DNA of 64,000 nucleotides from Catajapyx aquilonaris (Eukaryota): assembly GCA_000934665.2 (NCBI GenBank), contig KZ538246.1, positions 1 through 64,000 on the forward strand, read 5' to 3'. Within the stretch, counting starts at the first letter, position 1, and each line of letters opens with the position of its first letter. Below are positions 12,401 through 24,400 of this stretch, piece by piece. A model generated the notes under the pieces. That model searched no databases and was not told the DNA's origin. It saw only the letters and a program-made list of their open reading frames with translations. A program made the position numbers and the translations under genes.

Positions 12401-15400
12401 AGTTGGGAATTAACCCTTTGTCTCCCGGGGCCATGTTGGTTGCATTATAATGCAACCAAACAAAATAATTTTTTTAAATTCACTGGTATAACCTCGATGG
12501 AAATTTCTTTCACCATAGAAACTAGAAGTTGCCTAAGGCTATGTTCATGAGTATTTATGCCACTTGCGTGATATTTTAAATGGCAGGACGTCATAGGCCA
12601 CAGGTCTCGTTCACAGTAAACAAACACTTACTGCACGAATTTAAATAGACATAGCTCCCTGCCGCATATTTCCCGGTAAGTGGACGTGCAGCTGAAAACC
12701 ATTCAAAAATTCCCGAAATTCTGCGACTTTTCGCCGGGGGAAAAATCAGAACGATCTGTGAAGAGTAGGCAAACTCCCCCGGCGCCATTGTGGCTATGAA
12801 AGTGGCCTCGCTCCTAATTGGGTGGGCTGACTGCTCCGAGCTCTAGGTGGTGCCCGCTTGCCAACTGAGCCACCTTTTTTGCACCTGGTGGATCACATTA
12901 CCTCCTTTTAAACTGGACCTTGAAAATGTTTTAAACAGACACTTTATATTTTCATAATTCATCAGAGGGACTGGGCAATAATATAGAAGTATCTAGGATT
13001 TTTTTGAGGGGTGGAAGCTGCCTAAAAAAAAAAAACAGCTTAGATGTCGCAATAGGATGACGTCCCCTTCCCGTGCATAGCATATGAGGCGGTATATGGC
13101 TCTCTCAAGATGCAACTGAGGTATGTAGGTCTCGGACGCTTCAGCCCCCTCTTGTGCATGAATCGAGAGAGAAATCAATGGTGCCAGGTCCAGTGATTTT
13201 CACCTGGGGTGCTATTTTTAAGCCCTCACCCAAAGAGTGCATAATCGAGCAGCGTAGGAAACAAAGGGTTAAAAAGGGGATCCCCTAAGAGGCCACAAGC
13301 TTATCACAGGGTAACCATTACTATTAGTAGTAATGGAATTATGTCCAAGTGCCACAGTTACTTGATATTTGAAGTCTGTGACTGGTGGTCCCATTAGTTG
13401 TATTTCTTTTGTATAAAAATGTAATTGGTAAATAAGATGGCCATGAAACAGCCTATGATGCTAATAGTCACACTCTTTAAAAGAGTGTTGCTTTCTTGCC
13501 TGTGTCAGGCATCCTCCCTGATGGATGGAAGAATCTATAGTACACAAGCATGAATCCAAACCCAAGCACAAGTCCAGCTGGCACCCCCACTACGGCATGA
13601 AGGTGGTACCAAGGTGCACCATTTTGTCCAACCTTCCAATACCACAATCCCACTAAGGTCATATCTTCACAGAAAGTAACAAAGTAGTAGAAGAGGTACT
13701 TGTATCTGCTGGGCTCATCCTTCACATTAATGTAGCAGAAAATATACACCCAGCCCATCACCACGTTATAAATCAGCTCGGGAACCTGACGGGGCTTGTC
13801 ATCTATGCTCCCACAAAAGTTGGTCCGCTACAAAAACAAAGAAAACAATTAAATTCCAGTAAGGTAAAGCATTGTTTCCCTCACCTTTTTGATAACAACC
13901 ATAAATATCTTCCCAGGTTAATTGCTTAATTTACATAATATAATTGTTAATGGAACTATTCAGTGGTTCTTTCACTTCTTGTTTTATGCCAAAATATTGA
14001 ATCTCAGAGACTTTTCTGTGACCCTTCGGAGCACCCATTTTACTCATTTGGGAACCACTGGGTGAAAAGATAGCTGCACTTGATTAGTTTATTTTAAATA
14101 GACTTCTAACTTTGAATTATTTTTGGGTAGCAGTAGGTGTTAAGAGCAAAATTTATGATAATTACTTGACTTGCAAGATCTCCTATATTACTGCACCTTT
14201 TTGCAATGAGATATCACTTGAAACATGTTCTCAACATGATACTAGAGGGACATCTGGCCACCAGAGTACTTGCTCACCCAAATCATATCTAAAATGTAGG
14301 GGTGTGATGCTGAGGCACCAACCAATAAGAACCTAGAAAATGACAAACCTTTGCCTGCACTCAGGCATGAATGGCTACTCGCAATGTTGCTGTCTGCAGG
14401 CAGAATGACTGGTACAGGTTTAGTGGTTGCCTGGGGTACCTCATGAAGGGTAGGTATATGACAATTGTACAAGGCTGAATCCCATCCAGCAATTAGTATC
14501 ACACTCATAGCCTTCTCCCTTGGCAGCCACTGAATATGCATGGGTCATTCCACCTGCTGACAAATGCATTATGGGATGCCATGTGTCTAGTGGCAGGCAA
14601 ATTCAGTCAAGGTTGTTGCCTGCTGGTCCATCAAAATTTCTCACCCCCTACTTTTTTGGGTCAACAGGGTGTTTGTACAGCTGGATATCCCCTTAGTAAA
14701 AAGCATCCTGTATTATTGTGGCCAAAATGATGGAGATGTTTCATAAGGTGTTGGTAGTCTGAGAAACAGCTCTATCACTTTAGCTGTGACAGCATACAAC
14801 TAAAGGGGACATTTCAGATATTTGCATGCATGAAAACATGTTCCTCTCCTAAATTTTTGAAGTTTTCAAATTTGAAGTCTTGTGATATACAGTAGTGGCC
14901 ATAATTAGATTAACATTTTGTTTTTTGGGCGTAACTTTTTCCATGGTGATCCGATTGAGCTGATATTTGAACATGTTATGCCTAAGGGTGTTTAAAGAGA
15001 ATATGCAAGTTTTGAATAATTTCAGAGTTTCAGAGAAAAAATTAACAATGCTTTTGTTTATTTTTTCTCATGTCAAAACTCAACCATCTTCAAGCAGGCG
15101 TAACGATCTGAAAACTCCACCAAATGCTACAAAACTTGACAAGCTAATCACTCGGTACTTGCTCTGGTAACCCTTGTTGTCGATGACTGATTGACATTTG
15201 TGAGGCATCAAGGCAACCAACGTTTCCTACACTGATTTTGGGATCTTATTCCACTCTACCTCCAGTTGCTTGAACTTATCGGTGGTACCGGGTGTTCTCT
15301 TGTTCTTCAGATGACGACACACAGATCCTCCCAGAGGTTCTTGATTGGATTTAGGTCTGGAGATTGGCTTGGCTAGCCCATTACAGCCACCCTCTTCTGG

Positions 15401-18400
15401 TGCGGCCAGGTACGGACGAGCCCAGAGGAGTGCTGTGGGTCATTGTCTTGTCGGTGCAGGAGAAAATGGCCAAACACACATCTTGGAAATGGCCACATGA
15501 TGTCTTGGAGGATATCCCTGTACACCTCCTTGGTCATGATTCCGATAATCTGGTGCAGGGGGCAGACTCCAGGGGAAGTGAAGTAGCCCCAGACCATCAT
15601 GGATCCTCTGCCATGCTGGTCAGGTGGCATCTGGCACTTGGGATTGAATCCGGCACTTTTGGGACGTAGGCTATTCATTAGTTCCAAACATCAGATACTG
15701 CAATTCGTCTAATCAGATGACATAGCACCACTCTGTATCCAGTTGAGATGGAGCTGCTCCAGCTATTTTGGAGTCGGTCCCCTGCACCGGACTATCGGTA
15801 TCATGACCAAGGAGGTGTACAGGGATATCCTTCAAGACATGATGTGGCCGTTTGCAAGGTGTGTGTTTGGCCATTCTCTCCTGCACTGACAAGACAATGA
15901 CCCAAAGCACTCCTCTGGGCTCGTCCGTACCTGGCTGCACCAGAAGAGGGTGGCTGTAATGGGCTGGCCAAGCCAATCTCCGGACCTAAATTCAATGAAG
16001 AACCTCGGGGAGGATCTGTGCCGTCATCTGTAGAACAAGAGAACATCCAGTACCAGGATAAGTTCAAGCAACTGGAGGTAGAGTGGAATAAGATCCCAAA
16101 ATCAGTGTTGGACACGTTGGTCGCCTCGATGCTTCACAGATGTCAATCGGTCATCGACAACAAGGGTTACCAGACCAAGTACCAGATGTGAGTGATTAGC
16201 TTGTCAAGTTTTGTAGCATTTTGTTGAGTTTTCAGATTGTTATGGCTGCTTGATGATTTTGTTGAATTTTGACATCTGTGAAAAAATAAACAAAGGCATT
16301 GTTTATTTTTCCCCTGACACTCAGAAATTCTTCAAAACTTGCATATTCTCTTTACATGGCATTAGGCATAACATGTCCAAATTTCAGCTCAATCGGATCA
16401 CAATGGAAAAAGTTACACCCAAAAAATAAAAAGTTAATATAATTATGGCCATTACTGTCTATGGTGGTGTTCCACCACCCTAAGAGGGCCTCTGGCCCTG
16501 TCACAGGGTAATTAAAATAAAAAAAAGTCTTGCTGATACTGGAGTCACTTTTCATATCTTGATCTGAAGGAGTGAGAGTCCTATAGTATGCAGGTCATGC
16601 ATAAATTCCCCTTCAATATTGATGGCAAGTCATATCTTAAGAGAGACAACATGCCTCTGCCTTGAAGGATGGGTGAACTCAAGTGCCTTTCAGATTGACT
16701 AACTGCAATAACAATTGATGGCTTGTAGGGTATTGTCAGAGTGGGATTGCATAGAAATATTTTTGGGAAGTGACATTGGGTTTTGGACAGCAGAGATTGC
16801 CTCTGCTAGTGGTGCAGTTATCTAAAATATTTTCATTTTGACTTCAGTCCACCTATACAGGGTGTATCAGAACTCTACCGTAAGCTATGTGCCAATGGCA
16901 TAAGGGGCACCAGAGCATCATTATATGTAGAGGGGTCATCATGTCTAGGCAGCCTCATTACGGAGATAATTGCCTTCAAACACGTAGTACAAAGTATCCT
17001 GGGAGGTATGGTAACCTTCAGCCCCGACATCGCATCACTCGTGAAAATAGCAGCTTTTCCATTTAGCTACTAGCATGTCGCATGTGTACTGCATGTCGCA
17101 TGTGATCTGTGACAATTTGTGACAATCTGTGACAATCTGTGACAATCACTCTTAGGCCCAATTGCTAAATCGCAAATGATCAATTATCTCACTAATGAGG
17201 CTGCCCAGACATAATGACTCCTCTACATTAATTGATCCCCTGGTGCCCATTAAGCCATTGGCATATGGCTTACGGTAGAGTTTTGATACACCCTGTATAC
17301 TGCTCATGCCTATACTTACTTGAAGTAAAATCCAAATTATCATAACAAGCCAGTGTATTCCAAACACAATGAAGAATTCATTCCGGAACTGGGTGGCAAA
17401 CAGTACGAGGGAGACTATGCGTGCTGCTATGACGCACAATCGCCATAGAAACAGAAAGAAGCTTCCCACCACTGTCAGGTTGATCTTATCCTCCATGGAG
17501 AAACGCAGGGCCCGTTGGAAGGATACCAGAGACCATGAGAGGGTCACGAGTGAGATGACTGCTGATATGTACTGCATGTTAACTGGGGGAAGAAAAGGCA
17601 AAAGTTCAGTTAAAACCAAAGCCTGAAAGTGATTTTGGCCGGGCGTGCCTGCTGACCTTGGCCAGCAAATTTCAGCTTAGAGGGATTTTCTGGAAACTGT
17701 TTAGTTACAATTTCTACCGAAAACTGAGTACGATTTTGACTAATATGTCTCACCCCTTATCCATAATACCTTTGTGAAACCACATAGATAGATCAGCAGT
17801 CTTCAGCCAATGTTCTGCATTTAGAGTATGCAGATTGCATCCACTATTAACTGAAAATTCTCCAGAAATAACTAACAAGAACTGGTCACGTTAATTATGG
17901 TTTTAAAATGTGTTAATCTCTATGTTGCATCACAATACGTAGCTAAAGGTTTTAGTTTCAAATTGTACCTGTCTTGATGTGGAGCACATCATTTATTGCA
18001 ATTGTTGGCCTTGTGGCAAGGATGTAGAGCTGAAGTGCAAATTGTGGTGCATCACGGGTGAAACTCTGCATCAGCTCGAGAGTTGACGTGTCTCTCTCTT
18101 CATGCAGGAGTAGAGCATAATAATCCACATCATTTGACTTTGACTGGCGCCGACAGTAGGGACCCACGATCTTTTCTCTCTGAGGTGCTGTCTTGCGGCT
18201 CTTGATACCGTAGCACAAAGTATCAAAACATCTGGGGAAGGACATATAAGAATGAAACTAATGGTTTTGATTAGGTGATGCATGCAATAAGCATGTGATA
18301 GTTTATCACAACAGTTAAATTAAGCCAGAGGATCTTTCATAGATGCCTAATTATTGAGTTCTTCATTTCGGGTCAAATGTTCATTTGAGTTCAAACTGAA

Positions 18401-21400
18401 GTTAAGAAATCGAATGACCATCACACATCAAGTTTACCATAGTGTCCATCAGACCTTGTGATTGTTTGTGCATTGATGAAAACAAAATAAGGAGTTACAG
18501 ATGTGGAATGCATACCTGAGAATGGTTCCCATTATAAAGCAATGCATGATGATCCTCACCACTTTGGCTGTTGCACTAGTTTGTAAATTAAATTTGTCTT
18601 GCTTCATCTGATCATCTTGCACATACCAGTAGTAACTGAATGCATTGATCATGACATTGGGAATCACAACCAGTGCCAGGGAAAACCAAAACCACCACTC
18701 AGTGTCATGTTCCCAATGTAGCATGTAAACCACTGCTATGTCTGTTCCCACATTGAACATGAAGTTCCCTATAGTGATGAATATGCTCAAGACACTGAAT
18801 AGACCAAATGAGTTAACTGCTGGGGGAGTAGTCAACCTCTTCTCAACCTCCTGTCCAAACTTCTTAATATCATCCTCCGTGAGCGGGACAGTGAAGATGT
18901 TTCTTCTTTCTGGGCCTGGTGAAGAGGTAGTGGGTACCTCAGTGACCTCGATGGGGGTCATTTCCATGGAGGTTTGGTGCTTTCGGGGGTAGAGGGATTC
19001 AATTTGGGATGTCTCCTCTCTGGGCAGTGTAGGGTACAGGATATAGTTGTTATCACTAGGATTTGCCATGGTACCTGCCAAGTGTAAGGGCAAGGGATTA
19101 GCTGCTTCAATGTCAACCCAGTTGGCTGTTATTTAGAGTAAATGATTTATTGCCAGGCATTGAGCTGATTGAATGCAGAATATTCAATATTACTACACCT
19201 CGTGTAATCCTGGTCATAAAATGATACCGTCCAGAATTGATTTTGCAGTATTACCACAATAATTTTTAGTGGAAGTTGAGGATTTACAATTTTTTTCATA
19301 TTTTAAGAGGCCATACAGGTGCTAGGAACCAGCTGTAATTTGACTTGTAATTTTAATGACAAGGTGACCAATTGGTGACCAACAAGGTGACAAGATGACC
19401 AATTTTTCACTCGCAAGTGAAAAATTGCTAGTTCAATGCTGGTTCATGATATAACAGTACTCCAAACAGTATTACAATGGGAATTCGTGATTGTGTATAC
19501 TTGCACACATTTTAATTTTGTTAAAATTTCAGTTAGTGAATAATATGCGACTCAAAAAATTGACCATTGTCGTTAAAATTAAAATTTTGGCAGAGTCCTA
19601 GCACCATCTGTGACCATTTTAAATTTAGAAAAAATTTGCAAATTCTCAAGTTCCAACCCCCCCTTTCCATTACTCAGAGAACAGATATTTAAAAACTGAC
19701 TTTCACTTTATCATCCAATATTATTAGAAACAACTTCTAATAAAAATTATTATCCCTCGCAAAAAAAATAAAAAATCAATCAATCCTGGAAGGCATCCTT
19801 TCATCTTGGGATGTATTGGAGAATATTTTGCATATCTAGACTCGATTCAAGCCCATCATAATCTTCTGATATCTAGCAAATGTCCCACCGAAGTAAGAAG
19901 GCATCAGGGATTAGTGCTTGGGGGACCTCGTATCAAATATGTTTTGTGAATGAATAGTCGTCAGGTTTGTAATTTAAGTGGGGTTTTATGGGAGACTCGT
20001 TCATGAAGCATGCGCGGGAGTGAAGAGGCGGGAGAGGTCATATATCAAAACCCTGGCGGCATTTGTAAATCCTATTCGTAGTTCGCAAAATATTTGCTGC
20101 AACACTCGATAAAAACGAGGTTCGCTACATTTAACTTAAACGGATAATTATAGAACTAGGCGGAGTACGACTGCATAGTTTGACACCCTCTCACCGCGAA
20201 CGAGATTGTACTTGTATGTTGTGGTCATGCGGTTTTGATTGCTAACTTGTAAGCTAGCTTCTGCGATAAAAACGAACAATGTGCAGGGAAATTCAAGAGC
20301 GCCCTTACGCAGCTAGACTGATTTTTTTCTTGTACCGTCAAACATGGGGAATGACACGCTGTTAAAATAGACCATCCCGGGTGGTCCGATCTACGAAAAT
20401 CGGCCCGAAAATCCAGCGGGAATAGCACAGCCCTACACCGGGCTACACACAGTTCGTTATTATTTACCAAGCCCTTGTGGTAAAGAAGATCGTACATTGT
20501 GGCCGCGTTTCGAGCGCGTCTGTGGCAGGTAGGAATCGCGGTGGGGGCGGCAAACTATTCGTCGGTGCTCGTTCAAGTCAGCTGTGTCATTCTACGTATT
20601 ATATCCGTTATTTCGCCGCGTCCTGGCCGCGTTTCTCACGTGCAACTTGTACAGTAGTTTCGCGTATTCGGAGGTTCAGCGCAACATCACTTGTCATTTG
20701 CTGTCAGATGTACCGGCTCGGTTTTGATATTCCCAGTTCATAGTTTTCAGAAGTACTCGATGATTTCTTAATCAGTCGAGCTGACTGACACTTGCTGATT
20801 AGTGCACAAGTTGTATTGAAAAACAGATTACACGCACAGAAATCGGAAAAGATTGAAGTAAATATATGGCTATAGACATGACTAGGTCGCGTGAGAACTA
20901 TGGCTCCAGCAGATCACTTGAGAGCCCCCCCAAGTGAAGCGGTGTGCCAGTGGTGTTGATGTAATTTCTTGCTCACTAATAACGACGGACTACAGCCGAA
21001 CATACTCGAGAACTTTGCTTCGCGACAAAGCAGCAACAAGACCACAGCACTGCCAACCTGTCAGCTCTGAACTGCCAAGCAGCCCTGGCGCACCTTTATC
21101 TTCACCTGCCATGCTGATTCCACCTGCAGTGTGCAGGGTGAATGATGTCTGCCGGTTGGACATTATCCGAGGTCACTCGTTATCTTCACGGTAACGACGC
21201 TGACTAAAACCGGCGCGGCGTCGCGAATGAGCACGAAAAGCACCGGCCAACTCCACTACTCCAGAAGCCCACAATAATACACCGTTATTCGTGGCCTCGC
21301 CTTTCCCCCCTCCAGCTGCTGTTTCCACTTCTTTCTGGGGGTTCAAGGGCATTGGAAAACCCCCTTCTTCCGGTGGTTTCGGAGCCACCCACCACGGCTT

Positions 21401-24400
21401 GAGAATTCCATAGTTGTCAGCTTAGCACGTGTGGAAAAATGCTGAGTAGCAAGTGGCTATCACATTTCGATCATGGTTGCAACTGCTGCTTTTGTGATAC
21501 AGCACTGAACCCTGCCTGCTGTAGTGGAAACTTGTCTGCCGCGGAAAATTTGTCTATAGCGGAACTGTTGGCGTAACCTGTACGTCTAACGCGGACACGG
21601 ACATTTTTCGGTCCTTTTGTAAGGAAAACTGTGGAATTTGTATTGTATTAAAGGCTGTTTCGCTAATTCGCCGTTGAAGCGAGAGCGGGGCAGAAATTCG
21701 GCGATTATTTTCGTGCACGTGCCGTGGACGAAAATAATCGTGAAATCATCCGATCTGGCTAAAAGTTCGGCGTTCTAAAACGTGTACGGACTTGGGGACA
21801 CCAGTTCGGAGGCTTAATTTTTTTTAAAAGTACGAACCGTATATAACTTAGTGTAGTCTGATGCTGTGGAAACTTGTCCATTACGGAAATTTTGCGGAAT
21901 GGAGCGATTTCTCCGAGTTCACTGTAGGACTGCTATTTTTAAACACTAAGCCAGATAAGCACATTATCTTGCTTTGTGACAACAACAGCAGGATATATCT
22001 GCTTGAAGCACATGGTCAGGGCATATTTGCATGCAAGTATTTTGTGGTCTGAAGACACACTAACATTTTTACTTAATTTTTAGTTTTGCAAGCACAGAAT
22101 CAGTCCTGGAATTATGGGATCCTCTGGGAGTCCAGTCTGCATCACAGCTTTTGCGAGATTTGGGATGCTCATCAAGCAAGAGGCTGAACCTCCAGGAGCT
22201 GTCCAGTTCTATGGAAGAAGAACTGTTGAATTTGGGAGAAGTGGAGAAACCTCCTGTCCTTCAGGCAGCTCTGGTAACTTACAGAAGCGAGGTTCTTCAC
22301 CTAAGGTTAGTTGTGTCAGTTATTAGCTCTTGGTTGTGTTGACACAGTATTATGTTGTCATATCAGGGGAATATGTGAAATTGCAGTGATTATAGCCACT
22401 GTTGTCTCTGTGTAGGTCAGTGCTCGAGAGTGTACAAAAGGAGAGGGACAAACTGAGATTGGACATAGGGGAAGCCAATCAGAGGTCACTGATCTTGGCG
22501 CAAGAGGTTGATGATCAGAATGCTCGATTGGAGAAATCCAGTCAACTGCAGATCAGGTGAGACATTGATGATGTCACTGCAAGGCCGTAACGCATGGATA
22601 TTCATGACTACTACCTTGCTACTACAAAGTGCATCAGCAGTTAGAGTTCAATGCATGGTACCAGAAGTTTAAAGTTTGGCACTACATACAAATTACATTT
22701 GATTACCTATGTTGCACCACTTTTTACCACAATATCAAGGATGATCTAAACTTCTAAAGAGGGCACAAGTGCAAGAAGTGCATCAGCAAGTTAAATTTCA
22801 TTCTGTATGTAGGCCTCTTGAAGGCTTCTACAACTATTGAAGTAGGGCCTACTGTAATGGTGCATTCAGCCTTTGCAAGCCATCTCCTGCTTACTGCTTT
22901 AACTGATTGCCACCCCCTACCAAATCCCAACAGCAATAACTTATGCAATGAGAGGCCTGTACAGGGTGTTTCAGAGTCACGGGTCAAGCTCGCGCGAGGG
23001 GGTGGGGAAAAATTGTAGGTGGAAACAACCCCGATCGGTTTGATAAAACAATTAGAAATACGGCAGTAATCAATTCATTTATTACGGCCATACGGCGTGA
23101 CGTCACATCCTTTCTGTATTCGAATTGACTGGCGCGGTCTGGCAGATTCAGTGGGTTGAACCTGGTTGAGCGGCTTTTTAGCATTGCAGGATTGAATCTG
23201 CCAGTCTGCGCCAGTCAATTCGAATACAGAAAGGATGTGACGTCACGCTGTATGGCCATAATAAATAAATTGATTACTGCCGTATTTCTGATTGTTTTAT
23301 AAAACCGACCGGGGTTGTTGCCACCTACAATTTTTCCCCACCCCCTCGCACGCGCTTGACCCGTGACTCTGAAACACCCTGTATAGACATGGAGTTATCA
23401 GGCGTTTAACACACTTTAAAATTATCATATGCAAGATAATGACGACTTTGAGCCTCTTATTGCCCTTTGGGTTTCAGTAGGGGTGGCATTAAGGTAAAGC
23501 AGTGGTGCAAGGTGTCTTGTGGGGCTTAATTCATTAGACATGCAGTAGGCTTCATGTTTTCACTTGTTGGTATTGTTATGTAGGAATTTGGAGCAAAAAC
23601 ATTTGGAGCAATTGCGTCAAGTACAAGAGCAATTAGGATTGGAGAGGGAGCAGCTCCAGCAGCAACATCAACTGGGACTCCAAAAGTTGGAGAAACAGTT
23701 GGAGGCCCTTCGTGAAGATGAAATCTCTCTCAGAGAAAACGTGGAAACCAAAGAGCAGGCAAGTGGGACATATGTCGAATGGATACAGAGATGTGTGTCA
23801 CTCATGGCATGGACTGCTGCATGCTTCAATAATTGTGTTGAACTTTTGCCCCCTAAGGGGAATGAGGCACCATTGTCTAACAAGGGGGCACTTGGGTATG
23901 TTATGTTGCAGGAGGTTCGGAGATTGGAGCAGGAGAATTCCGCTTTGGTGGACCAGCTGGAGGATGCCAAGAGGCAGCAGAATCACTTTCAAAAGGAAAT
24001 GGATACCATCAGTGACCTTCGTCAGAGGGTAAGGTGGCATATATGCATGGGAGCGAATGATAATTGGGTGTCTCATTCATGTGCATTTAGTTGGCAGAAC
24101 TGGAATGCAGCAGTAACTTTTTATTAGAAGAACAATACCAAGACCTTCTGAAAGAAGTAAGACAATTGAGCCTCGAAAACAAGGACTTGAAGGATCGCAA
24201 TGACGAACTGGCACTGCGTGTTGAGTCAATGTATTCACGAGTCTTGAATGGCAAGAATAGGTAAGCAAACTGTCTATTACAATTGGGATAAGTTTTTAAC
24301 ACATTGAAATTATGTTAGTGATCAGCATGGAGATTCTGAACATGAACATACCACTTCTGGCATCAGTGGGACAAAGCGAAGGGGAAGTTGCACTCTAAGT

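Noticed and set aside
17583..17622. Upstream acceptor for XKR exon 3, as implied by ORF 17152-17619
   Set aside because: It is out of phase with exon 2; the acceptor at 17583 has a better pyrimidine tract and keeps the frame.
21173..21388. Coding first exon within the CpG island
   Set aside because: GTG start, no recognisable domain and no phase-compatible link to XKR.
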